In this document: piece by piece, positions 34,685 through 44,227 of the stretch
How positions within the stretch are numbered: the first letter of the stretch is position 1
How the letters are laid out: the number at the start of each line of letters is the position of its first letter
Source of the DNA: Strigamia acuminata
Taxonomy: Eukaryota
Length of the DNA stretch: 64,000 nt
Reading direction: 5' to 3'
NCBI GenBank assembly: GCA_949358305.1
Contig: OX442314.1
Span: forward strand, 2,604,001-2,668,000
Program-made: the position numbers and the translations under genes
The notes under the pieces: model-generated
What the model saw: the letters and a program-made list of their open reading frames with translations, nothing else
What the model was told of the DNA's origin: nothing
Database searches by the model: none

Positions 34685-35455
34685 TTACGCTTTAATTAAT
34701 TTTCGTAAGTGTAAACGTGTAGTAAAAATTTCTCCTCTCAGATTCAGTGGTTTATCGTCTTGATCGGTCAACCAGATCCTGACTTCGTGTATTTTAGATT
34801 GATTTTTCACCGGCAAGTAAACTATGTTATACGGCATTTCTACTATTTTGAAGCCTGGCGGGACATTAGGAAAAAATGCGTATATGATCGGAGCCGTCTT
34901 CCCGTTTTTATAAGAGTCGGTAATAAGATCACAATGGACCAGGATAGTGTTAATGTGAAAAATGTTCACCGGATTAATGGATTCGCTTCTACCTACACCG
35001 TATTTCTTTGTTTTGAGACCGAATAATTTAGCCATACTTCTATTTTCCGAAAAATTGGCCCCGTAACTGGCATCGCTAATCACTAATGTCGTGGACAGAG
35101 TATTATAATTGGCCACGATGTCGATGAAAGGTGCGTCGTCTTTCATATTCCAGTGTCCTCTGGATTTCATTTCGGTATGTATGTACGAGATAATGTCGGC
35201 AAGTTCGTAACAACCCACGGGAACGATGATGTCGTAGTTGAGCGTACCTATAATACGAGCGGGGACGTTCACATCTACTTCAACAGTGTAGTATTTGAAC
35301 ACGTTGTTGTCCTCGGTTATATTTGGCATTGTGTAAAATGTCTCGAGGCTCACTAATCCCAATTCGTATTCGTCGTCACCCAAAATTAAAGGTGAGCTAA
35401 AAGTAGTGAGGAAATCCGATTTCGTACTGCTTAGTACGATAGACATGGTAATCAC
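34685..35455 (-). CDS. Minor capsid protein (penton)
   Basis: YELGLVSL, PNITEDNN, VPVGCYE, INTILVHCDLITDSY, PPGFKIVE, DQDDKPLNLRGE. Confidence 0.9.
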   Translation of the reverse strand: MITMSIVLSSTKSDFLTTFSSPLILGDDEYELGLVSLETFYTMPNITEDNNVFKYYTVEVDVNVPARIIGTLNYDIIVPVGCYELADIISYIHTEMKSRGHWNMKDDAPFIDIVANYNTLSTTLVISDASYGANFSENRSMAKLFGLKTKKYGVGRSESINPVNIFHINTILVHCDLITDSYKNGKTAPIIYAFFPNVPPGFKIVEMPYNIVYLPVKNQSKIHEVRIWLTDQDDKPLNLRGEIFTTRLHLRKLIKA

Positions 35456-35473
35456 GATTATTATTACTTTTTT

Positions 35474-36697
35474 TTAATTCGCGAGAATTTTCTTTCGCAT
35501 GTTTTCAAACTTGGTTTTATCGAGGATTCTTTCCTCTTTCAGTTCCATAAGTATTTCCACAATTTCGTTGTCGTGAGACTGGTTTCCAGCATCCCGTGAT
35601 GCATGCAACAATCGCAGCCTGTCTATTAATTCGTCCGGGTTATTGTAATACTTGTAGTCTACGGAGTTGTGCGGCCGAAACGTTTTCGTGACACCTTTGC
35701 CAGCTTGGGGTGTGTTCTTGCCAGCTTGGGATGTTGTCTTTGGACGATTTTTATACAGTTCCCAAATTCGTTTAACCACTGTCATATACTTTTCTCCTTT
35801 ACTAGACTTTGGCATATTAGTTGCCGAATTGTTCTTTTTAAATAACCCTTGACTAGAAATGAGAATCCTGCCGTAATCCACAAAATTTTGGTCTGTCATA
35901 GTTCCTTCAATCGGTGGAAGTTTTTGCATGAGGAGATGCATTAATGTTGGAGTTCGTGGATACTTTACGTTTTTCACAAGTATATGAGTTGGAAAGAATT
36001 TAACTTCTTCGACTCCTATTTTAAATTTTGAATCATACGGGTCATATCTAATTCCAAACACCGTATCTAAATGAGCCGCATTTTCGGCGTAATATTTCAA
36101 GAACTCTTGCTGTACTGCGTTTTCCGATTCTTTGTCCGTCATTTTTAATTCGAGACTTTTTCTTATGTCGCGTTGATATTTTATATTTGGAAGCACATGA
36201 GCAAATTGCCAATCATCATCATCAACATCATCTTCTACGAGGCTCGTCTCTCCCTCTCTTTGAAATGAAACATTTTCCTCTTCATTCCCATCATCCCGGC
36301 CAAACTTAAGTCGAGGAGTTTCAATTTTACTCGAGGACAAGCTTTGGCGACTGAACTGCCTTTTTAAGGATGAACTTTCCCAAGGTAAGAGCGGTGATTC
36401 TAGATCCATTTCGTACTTTAAATTATGGGACTTACTTGTAATGGGTGTGAAAGATGACAACTCTCTTTTAATGGGAGTGGAAGGTGAGGATTTGAAAGTC
36501 GTAGGTGGTAGAGCAAGGGGTGGAGATAGTTGCTGCTGCTGCTGCGGCAGGCTATGCAATGCAGCAGTTACAGGTTTGAAGAATGCACCGAGCGCTTCAT
36601 CTTCGGATCCTCTGTTTAACTTATCTTGCAGAAACTTTTTTTTCAAGCTCTGTTTTAATTTCTCGTAATTTCCACGCTGCTGTTTATTCATGTTCAT
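35474..36697 (-). CDS. Conserved Polinton protein (PZ-like)
   Basis: FKPVT, DTVFGIR, C-terminal YYNNPDELIDRLRLLHASRDAGNQSHDNEIVEILMEL. Confidence 0.75.
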   Translation of the reverse strand: MNMNKQQRGNYEKLKQSLKKKFLQDKLNRGSEDEALGAFFKPVTAALHSLPQQQQQLSPPLALPPTTFKSSPSTPIKRELSSFTPITSKSHNLKYEMDLESPLLPWESSSLKRQFSRQSLSSSKIETPRLKFGRDDGNEEENVSFQREGETSLVEDDVDDDDWQFAHVLPNIKYQRDIRKSLELKMTDKESENAVQQEFLKYYAENAAHLDTVFGIRYDPYDSKFKIGVEEVKFFPTHILVKNVKYPRTPTLMHLLMQKLPPIEGTMTDQNFVDYGRILISSQGLFKKNNSATNMPKSSKGEKYMTVVKRIWELYKNRPKTTSQAGKNTPQAGKGVTKTFRPHNSVDYKYYNNPDELIDRLRLLHASRDAGNQSHDNEIVEILMELKEERILDKTKFENMRKKILAN

Positions 36698-37361
36698 TTT
36701 TTAAAAATGGGGAAAATTTATTTTTATATCTCCCGCTCGACATAGACTTGGTCTTGTCAATGGTGAGAAAGCCAAACGTATCATCATCCCAACACGACTT
36801 ACACATGTCTCTGAATCGAACGTACGTCATGTCCGTTCCAACATGGTTGTCAAAAACGTGTTTCATGTTTCTTTCGTCTTGTCTGAACATGATTATTAAA
36901 TTGGCATTGTCTCTTATCACCTGTTTTGGGATTCGGCTATAAGTCTGACACAAGTAAAAAGAGTCTACGTTACTATGACGGCCCTGGGCAAAATATTTCT
37001 CAATATTATGTTGCTTGTCGGTCATCACATCATCAAACACAAAAATAGACTTGTTCACGGATTTATCAAAAAGTTGTTCGGGAGACGGCACATCCTCGTT
37101 GCTCGGGAAGAAATGAGCTACCTGTTTGCCCAATTCCGATTCTAGATCCTCGAACAACTCTCTTAACCGCTCGTATTTTGGTTGAAATAAAGTTTTAGAA
37201 AACACCATCAGCTTGTCGAACCGTAGCCAATGCAGGAAGTTTAGCAACAGATTCGTTTTCCCACATTCAGCCGGGCCACACATGATGCATCTTATGTTTT
37301 TTGGCAGAATCGACTTATCACATTTATCCAAACGCCCCGTGTCAAAATTTATGACATTCAT
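36684..37361 (-). CDS. A32/FtsK-like packaging ATPase
   Basis: Walker A GPAECGKT, Walker B FVFDD, GRH, IRDNAN. Confidence 0.93.
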   Translation of the reverse strand: MNVINFDTGRLDKCDKSILPKNIRCIMCGPAECGKTNLLLNFLHWLRFDKLMVFSKTLFQPKYERLRELFEDLESELGKQVAHFFPSNEDVPSPEQLFDKSVNKSIFVFDDVMTDKQHNIEKYFAQGRHSNVDSFYLCQTYSRIPKQVIRDNANLIIMFRQDERNMKHVFDNHVGTDMTYVRFRDMCKSCWDDDTFGFLTIDKTKSMSSGRYKNKFSPFLKNEHE

Positions 37362-37397
37362 TTTTTATATTCCCGTAATAAAAAAAAGAAGACAAAC

Positions 37398-37562
37398 ATG
37401 TTTTGCGTTAAATGTAAAAAGTCTACTCCTACCGGCACGTTGGAAATGGGAGTCACTAAAAACAACAGAGCCTACAAAAGAGGTAAATGCTTGGCATGCG
37501 GGACCTTGAAATATCAGTTCATAAAAAAAAAAAATCTCCAGCAACCGGAAAAGGACTTTTGA
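37398..37562 (+). CDS. 54-aa zinc-ribbon protein, DUF5679-like (not in ORF track)
   Basis: MFCVKCKK...KNNR..RGKCLACGTLKYQFI; caaacATG context. Confidence 0.75.
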   Translation: MFCVKCKKSTPTGTLEMGVTKNNRAYKRGKCLACGTLKYQFIKKKNLQQPEKDF

Positions 37563-37891
37563 ATAAACTAATCAATAAATTACCGGTAGAAATGCATATC
37601 CCTGGGTACAATTATTGCGGTCCAGGCACAAAATTAGATAAGCGTTTAGCTAGAGGTGATAAAGGCATAAACCCATTGGATGAAGCGTGCAAGCTGCACG
37701 ACATTGCTTACATAAATGAGAACTTAGAAGCCAGACACGAAGCAGACAGAAAGTTGGTCGAAGCATGTGTTTTAATCATCTCCGATCCAACAGTCAGTTT
37801 AAGCACAAAATTAGCCGCCAAAGCAATCAAAGCAACGTTCAATACCAAACTTAAACTGGGAATGGGACTAAAAAAAAAAAAAAATGCCTGA
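37520..37891 (+). CDS. Parvovirus VP1u-type phospholipase A2 domain protein
   Basis: PGYNYCGPGT calcium loop and NPLDEACKLHDIAY catalytic HD. Confidence 0.9.
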   Translation, partial: HKKKKSPATGKGLLNKLINKLPVEMHIPGYNYCGPGTKLDKRLARGDKGINPLDEACKLHDIAYINENLEARHEADRKLVEACVLIISDPTVSLSTKLAAKAIKATFNTKLKLGMGLKKKKNA

Positions 37892-38837
37892 CATAGAACA
37901 ACTGGTATCTGAATTACATAAGCCGGCACGTAGGCATTACGTCAGACGTCCGGTCGTATCTTTTGCAATCAACGACTTATGGCAGATCGATTTAGTCGAA
38001 TTGATACCTTTTTCCCGTGTAAACAAAGGTTATAAATACTTATTAACGGTTATAGATGCGTTCTCTAAATATGCGTATGCGGTTCCCATCAAATCAAAGA
38101 CTGGCAAAGAGGTAACCGCTGCATTTGAAAAGGTGCTTGTCAAAGCGGGGAATAAGGGGCCGGTCAACATGGCATCCGATTGGGGGAAAGAATTCTACAA
38201 TTCCCATTTCAAGGCACTGGTCAAAAAGTTCAACATCAACCATTTTTCCACACACTCGCCGTTGAAAGCGAGCATGGTCGAGCGGTTCAATCGCACGCTC
38301 AAAGAGCGCATGTACAGGCATTTTACTTTGAAAGGTTCGAGGAATTGGATTACTATCTTACCCCAATTGATGACCCGTTATAACTCTTCGGTTCACCGTA
38401 CGACCAACATGAAACCCAAAGATGTGGCTCCCAAACATGAAAAGGCGCTCAGACTAAAATTACTTCCCGAACCAGCAACGTCCAAGCCTAAATTCAAAGT
38501 GGGCGACCGAGTGCGTATTTCCAAATCCAAATCCATATTTGACAAAGGGTTTTTGCAAAATTGGACTAATGAAATCTTTACAATTGATAAAGTGGACACG
38601 ACGTATGAACCTCCAATTTTCAAATTGAAAGACAGTTTGGGAGAATCGATCGAAGGTTCCTTTTACCGTGAAGAACTCCAAAAAACTGAAACCAGGGTAG
38701 ATGATCCCTACTTGATCGAGAAAGTCATTAGAAAAAAGAAAAACAGCGATGGATCATGGAAGTACCTAGTGAAATGGGTCGGCTACGATCAGAAGCATAA
38801 TTCATGGGTGGATGATCTCATCGACATTAAAAAATGA
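37884..38837 (+). CDS. Retroviral-type integrase with C-terminal chromo-like domain
   Basis: WQIDLV, IDAFSKY, SDWGKEF, VERFNRTLK; IEKVI..YLVKWVGY..NSWV. Confidence 0.96.
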   Translation: MPDIEQLVSELHKPARRHYVRRPVVSFAINDLWQIDLVELIPFSRVNKGYKYLLTVIDAFSKYAYAVPIKSKTGKEVTAAFEKVLVKAGNKGPVNMASDWGKEFYNSHFKALVKKFNINHFSTHSPLKASMVERFNRTLKERMYRHFTLKGSRNWITILPQLMTRYNSSVHRTTNMKPKDVAPKHEKALRLKLLPEPATSKPKFKVGDRVRISKSKSIFDKGFLQNWTNEIFTIDKVDTTYEPPIFKLKDSLGESIEGSFYREELQKTETRVDDPYLIEKVIRKKKNSDGSWKYLVKWVGYDQKHNSWVDDLIDIKK

Positions 38838-39253
38838 ATAACGTGGAAATTTACAACTGGGCGAAGAATAAACTACGTATCGCTCACTTCAACAACGTGT
38901 TGCCCATCGATTGCTTGAAACCGCTCGCGAATCACCGGGGCAAGAATGAAAGCTTCGTCATCAATTTAGACCCATCGACGGGTGGTGGTACCCATTGGGT
39001 CAGCTTGTATCTTTGCAATGACAGAGGCATATACTTTGATAATTTGGGAAACGTTCCACCTAAAGAGATCATTGATTTTGTCGGAAGAGACGTTACCCTA
39101 GATTATGCTACAAAAGAAATGTATTCGTTGACAAAAGAAGATTCTTGCGGGATGTTTTGCCTCTTTGCGCTCTATTTAGCAGCCAATCTTAATCTCAGGC
39201 AGAATACAATCATTAAAATCATTCGAGGAATGAATAATCTTGAGTTGTTGTAA
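38834..39253 (+). CDS. Adenain-like cysteine protease 2
   Basis: INLD..GGTHWV, YFDNLG..PP, CGMFC; ATGA overlap with the integrase stop. Confidence 0.85.
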   Translation: MNNVEIYNWAKNKLRIAHFNNVLPIDCLKPLANHRGKNESFVINLDPSTGGGTHWVSLYLCNDRGIYFDNLGNVPPKEIIDFVGRDVTLDYATKEMYSLTKEDSCGMFCLFALYLAANLNLRQNTIIKIIRGMNNLELL

Positions 39254-39485
39254 AGTAAACCCAATTTCCATTTTTCTCAAAAAAATGAAATTATTTAAGA
39301 AGTTAAAACAATCCTAATTTGAAATCAACAAAGATTCGCACAAAACCTTGCGGAAAGTCTGCAAACAAGCACGGGCATGTGTTAAAGTCCGTGTCAAATC
39401 AAAAATGAAACCGTAACAAAAATTTTCTATATATAAAAAAGCAACATTATTATATTCACTTCAATTTGAGAAAGAAAAGAATTAA

Positions 39486-39767
39486 ATGTATCTCTTTCAA
39501 CTCCAACAGAACAAAACTACCGATGAAAAGAAAATAATTTTGAAACATTTATCCTTATTTTTATTGGTCCATTATGGTGGCTCAATAGATCAGAGAACCG
39601 ATTCGTTACTTTTGTGGCGACCGGCATTTCAGATCAAGATTCAAACTCTGGTGGAGAAACTTGGAAGATTTTCCAGTGAGAATATTGAACACGTCAAATA
39701 CGTACACGACAATGTAACTATCGCCGAAATCCAGGAATTGGCTGAAATAAGTCATTTATTCGGCTAA
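39486..39767 (+). CDS. Hypothetical 93-aa Polinton accessory protein
   Basis: ATG ORF with tatataaaaa box about 55 nt upstream. Confidence 0.55.
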   Translation: MYLFQLQQNKTTDEKKIILKHLSLFLLVHYGGSIDQRTDSLLLWRPAFQIKIQTLVEKLGRFSSENIEHVKYVHDNVTIAEIQELAEISHLFG

Positions 39768-40166
39768 ATGCTACTCTATATATATAATGCGGCATTATGT
39801 AATTAATTATCACAAGTTTTTAAAATAATATTTATATTGTTAATTTTACTGTTTTTTCTCTGAATAAGGAAATAGTCTTTTGATTAATTGGGTGTAATTA
39901 CAAATTATATTTCACATATTAAATCTGGAAATAAAAATGAATATGTGAATAAACACCTGATTTAATTCAAAACACGTGACCATGTAATTATATTAAAGCA
40001 GCGTGACTCATCCGGCAAATGCATAATAAATAAATAAATTTTAAAAAATATAAATAAAATTGCTTTTAAATAAATTTTCAATTAAAAATAAATTAAAAAT
40101 ATAGTATGTAAACATCATTTTAATTAAATTTTCAATTAAAAATAAATTATTTCTCAGCTGAATAAC

Positions 40167-40457
40167 ATGGAATTTTTTTGTGCAACTTATGAAAAAAGTG
40201 AGAAAATATTACTGCAAATAATCTTTGAACTTATAAGTAGATGGGGGGCTGAAATTACAGATATAAATAATTTTGCATTTGTATTTCGCATTGATGGACA
40301 ATTTCCTGAACTAAGCAAAATAATAAAAAGAGCAAGAATAATACATGATTCTCTCAACTCAGAAACAAGAGTACACATAAGGCAGTTGTATCAAATTATT
40401 CCGGGCAAGAAAATTAAGGATATAGATTTTTTTGATGAAGAGAATGAATGTTTATAA
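40167..40457 (+). CDS. Hypothetical 96-aa Polinton accessory protein
   Basis: aacATGG context; open frame within very AT-rich flanks. Confidence 0.55.
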   Translation: MEFFCATYEKSEKILLQIIFELISRWGAEITDINNFAFVFRIDGQFPELSKIIKRARIIHDSLNSETRVHIRQLYQIIPGKKIKDIDFFDEENECL

Positions 40458-40460
40458 AAA

Positions 40461-40637
40461 ATGGAGTTTTATGAACATACTAGAGCATTCTTACGCCATT
40501 CATTTAACAGTGTCTTGTTTAATTGTGACGTATGTAATCATTGCAGTGCCCCCTGTTCTGCTAACTCGTTTGTCAATGTAAAAAAAAATTTTGAAAAACA
40601 AATAAAATGTGTAAAAGAATTTTTAATTAAAAGCTGA
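40461..40637 (+). CDS. Hypothetical 58-aa Cys-rich protein
   Basis: aaaATGG 3 nt after previous stop; CDVCNHCSAPC; AATAAA overlaps the stop. Confidence 0.45.
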   Translation: MEFYEHTRAFLRHSFNSVLFNCDVCNHCSAPCSANSFVNVKKNFEKQIKCVKEFLIKS

Positions 40638-41414
40638 ATAAAATTATTTTTCTTTACAATTTATTATTCATTTATTTCTGATTGAGTCACTTTGAAAACC
40701 TGTTTTTCTGACTCATTAAAAAAAAATCTCTAAAGGCTATTTTTGTTTTTAAAGAGCAAAAGCCTTCGGGGGGGGGGAAATTTAATTGCTGGTGAGGAAA
40801 AAAATATTTTCATTCGACTGTTTAACATTTTTTTTTTGTTTTTTTTTGTTTTGATAAATGTTTATCAATTTGTTTGTTTGATCACATATCCGTTTTTCCT
40901 ACAAGATATATTACATGCTGTCACATGGCTTACTTTTAACACAGCTGGTTTTGGAAAGTTCCATTACTTAGAAGGAATAAAATTTTCATTTGTAAATGAA
41001 AATTATTAATTATAAAAGTTAAAATGGAATTAAAAAGAATCAAATGAGAATTCATTTGATTTTTTCTAATGGATAGTTTTAATTCTAATTCCATTTCATT
41101 TTTAAATTGGTTTAATAAATTCCAACTTTAATATCTATTAACAAATAAAAACTTTCTTTCAATTAACTTTTTCTTATTTAAAAATAAGTTTTATTTTTTT
41201 TTGTAAATAGAATTAAAATAAGGAATTAATAACAACACACAGGACAAAAAAATCAAACGAATTCTCATTTTAAATTGTGTTAATACATTTCAACTCTTTT
41301 GCAATTAAACTGGTCTTTCAACTAGGTCACATTTCATTTGTGAATAAAAAAAATTTCCCCAGGGGCAATTGAATTTTTATTTAAAATGAAATTGTTTTTA
41401 GGTCAAATAAAGAT

Positions 41415-41614
41415 AATTCAATTTATTTGCAGATAAATGTATTAAGATTTTTTAATAAAAAAGTCAATTGAAATGTTTAATAGGAAATGTAAAAATTCTT
41501 AATACATTTATTTGTAAATGAAATGAATTAGACATTTTACATTTCCTATTAAACATTTCAATTGACTTTTTTATTAAAAAATCTTAATACATTTATTTAC
41601 AAATGAATTGAATT
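41415..41614. repeat. Inverted repeat with about 80-bp arms and 40-bp spacer
   Basis: 41415-41494 complementary to 41535-41614. Confidence 0.85.
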
Positions 41615-41684
41615 TTAATTAAAATAAGAAATAATTGCAAATATAAATACATGAAATAAGAAATAAGTACAAATATAAATATAG

Positions 41685-42270
41685 AAGCTTGTGGAACTTA
41701 GTCAAAATATCGAACCAAGCGTGATGGACATAGCCGGAATATCAAACCAAGCTTGTGGAACTTAGTCAAAATATCGAACCAAGCGTGATGGACATAGTCA
41801 AAATATCAAACCAAGCTTGTGGAACATAGCCGAAATATCAAACCAAGCTTGTGGCACATAGTCAAAATATCAAACCAAGCTTGTGGAACATAGCCGAAAT
41901 ATCAAACCAAGCTTGTGGAACATAGCCGAAATATCAAACCAAGCTTGTGGAACATAGCCGACAGTGCTGGACTGGCCCGGCGGGCTACCGGGAGTTTCCC
42001 GGTGGCCCGTGGCCGCTGTGGCCTGTCGCGGCCCGCTGTAGCCTGTCCCGCCTTCATTATTTGTGGCCCGGACACCCAGATTTCCCGGCCATAAATTTGA
42101 TCCCAGTCCAGCCCTGATAGCCGAAATATCAAACCAAGCTTGTGGAACATAGTCAAAATATCACCAACGAAGCGTGTTGGACATAGCCAAATTTCACCAA
42201 CAAAGCGTGTTGGACATAGCCAAAATTTCACCAATGAAGCGTGTTGGACATAGCCAAAATTTCACCAAGT
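41685..42270. repeat. Right subterminal minisatellite, 32-bp unit drifting to 29-30 bp
   Basis: aagcttgtggaacatagccgaaatatcaaacc iterated. Confidence 0.92.
41962..42116. mobile_element. 155-bp hAT-type MITE
   Basis: 14-bp TIRs CAGTGCTGGACTGG / CCAGTCCAGCCCTG; perfect 8-bp TSD ATAGCCGA. Confidence 0.92.
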
Positions 42271-42702
42271 GCAGATTCAACATGTGATCAAACACCCTGA
42301 CCCATACGTGCAATATAGCATTCGACTCACCATCTCGAGACAAACCGTTTAAAATTACCCCCACTTTTAATTTTGCCGTAACCCCCACTTCCAATACCCT
42401 CAGAAAACTTTAAACAATGGCAAATGTTGCCCACTGTCATTGGAAGTCCATACGATTTACCCCCACTTTCACTTTAATTACCTCCCACTTTCCTAAAAAT
42501 GGTTAATATGTGTGATTTTGCCAACAAAGTACATGTAAACAAATCACGTCATTTATTCATTTTCCCTCCAGTAAAATGAAACGTTCCAAAAAAACCAGTT
42601 GTGATAGAAGCAGGTGAAGTCAATGACCTACTTCCTTTTAAAACTCTTTAATTCAAACAGCAGAATAATTTAATGCACTTTCCCATGGCCTTGCCTCGGG
42701 TG

Positions 42703-42798
42703 ATTTCCTCCTTCATCCCTTTAAATCCCTCCTTGAGGTAGAAATCAAGAATTGCATCTTAAATGCGTATTCATAGATCTCATATTTTACTACAACAC
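42703..42798 (-). repeat. Right TIR (96 bp)
   Basis: Reverse complement of 25574-25669. Confidence 0.9.
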
Positions 42799-43103
42799 AC
42801 TCTCAAACACTGCAACTTTTTTCGAACATTTCAGCTTTTTCCGAAATCGCAACCCGATTTCAAACACCCATAAAAAGAAAACCATACACAGGAAACTTCC
42901 CAAACTTTTTTGGCACTTCCTTGACTCACCCCTAAGACACTCACCAAGTTTCAGCACCTCGCACCTTCTGATACTTAAGTAACACACTCTCAAACACTGC
43001 AACTTTTTCTAACACTGCAACTTTTTCCGAAATTGCTACCCGACTTCAAACACCCATAAAAAGAAAACCATACACAGGAAACTTCCCAAACCTTTTTTGG
43101 CAC
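42794..43103. repeat. About 187-bp tandem repeat running into the gap
   Basis: aacacactctcaaacactgcaacttt at 42794 and 42981. Confidence 0.8.
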
Positions 43104-43303
43104 NNNNNNNNNNNNNNNNNNNNNNNNNNNNNNNNNNNNNNNNNNNNNNNNNNNNNNNNNNNNNNNNNNNNNNNNNNNNNNNNNNNNNNNNNNNNNNNNN
43201 NNNNNNNNNNNNNNNNNNNNNNNNNNNNNNNNNNNNNNNNNNNNNNNNNNNNNNNNNNNNNNNNNNNNNNNNNNNNNNNNNNNNNNNNNNNNNNNNNNNN
43301 NNN
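43104..43303. other. Assembly gap (200 N)
   Basis: Run of N. Confidence 1.
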
Positions 43304-44227
43304 AAGCGCTGGAGGGAGCTCCACCTGCGCTTCGAGGATGCCAGGGGAAGTGACATTCGAATGACCCGGGCGGTGGCACTGATACGGCAGAGAATGTGGA
43401 TCATTCTCAGTATCCCCTCTGTCGCGTCGGCGGCAGCAAGGAGGCTCAGGTGGTTCGAGACGGTCCGGATCGTCGCGTGGACGGTCGGGTCGGCAATGAA
43501 CGCCTGGTAACTCCATCTGCCATCACCGTTCGCGGTTCAAGAATGGACGCTAGAAGAGACTGTCGGGGCGGATTTCGCCGACATCGACCCATCAGTCTGT
43601 AGCGGCTACGTGGAGACGCTGGCGAGTCTGCCCAAACTGGTGGACAACCATGGCCATCAGCGGGTGTTCAGACCGGCATCCCACGAGCCCACCCCGATCG
43701 AGATGCCTCCGGAGCTGGCAGCACTATCGCCACCACCCCCACCTACTTACGAGGAGGTGATCGTCAAGCGGGTGCATAGGCGGAAGGCCTACAAGGACGA
43801 CTTCAGCGCCGAAGTTTGGGACCCGGTGGAGGCCGAGTACAATGAGCACAGGAAGGAGGTGGAACGCGAGCGGAAGAAGAAGGGAAAGGGGAAGAAGTCC
43901 CGCAAGGCCGCACCCGGTTCCACTCCAACGAAGGGCGAGAAGGGAGCGCACTGCGCACCACTTCCGCCAGTGTCGACGGCTGCTGCGCCGATGGTGGAGA
44001 AGGTTCGATCGCATCCTCCCCCATCGACGTCAGCAGCTGAAGCGGAGGGCAGGCGACTGATGCCACCGCCACCATCCATACGGTCCGTGCTGGAGGCAGC
44101 GAGAACTTCTCCAGCCCCAGCAAGGCCCGCACGAGAGATCGCACCGGAGGTCGCGACTGCGTCTGAAGAGGAGCTCCATGGCCCCTCTCAACCGCAGCCG
44201 CCGTCCGAGGATGCGCCGGAGCCGTGA
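43304..44227 (+). pseudogene. Accessory ORF of the second LTR element, one in-frame stop
   Basis: Track ORFs ending 43510 and starting 43610 share a frame, separated only by TAA at 43508. Confidence 0.55.

Larger units (their letters stand above)
25574..42798. mobile_element. Polinton/Maverick (adintovirus-like endogenous virus), 17.2 kb
   Basis: TIRs enclosing pPolB, proteases, MCP, penton, A32 ATPase and rve integrase. Confidence 0.96.

Noticed and set aside
37487..37891. Endogenous parvovirus
   Set aside because: Only the PLA2 domain is present, embedded in the Polinton gene order; no NS1 or VP
41685..42270. 32-bp repeats resembling a CRISPR array
   Set aside because: Units are contiguous with no unique spacers; the one interruption is a MITE with a TSD; eukaryotic context and no cas genes
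42990..43516. ORFs spanning the N run
   Set aside because: Gap artefacts
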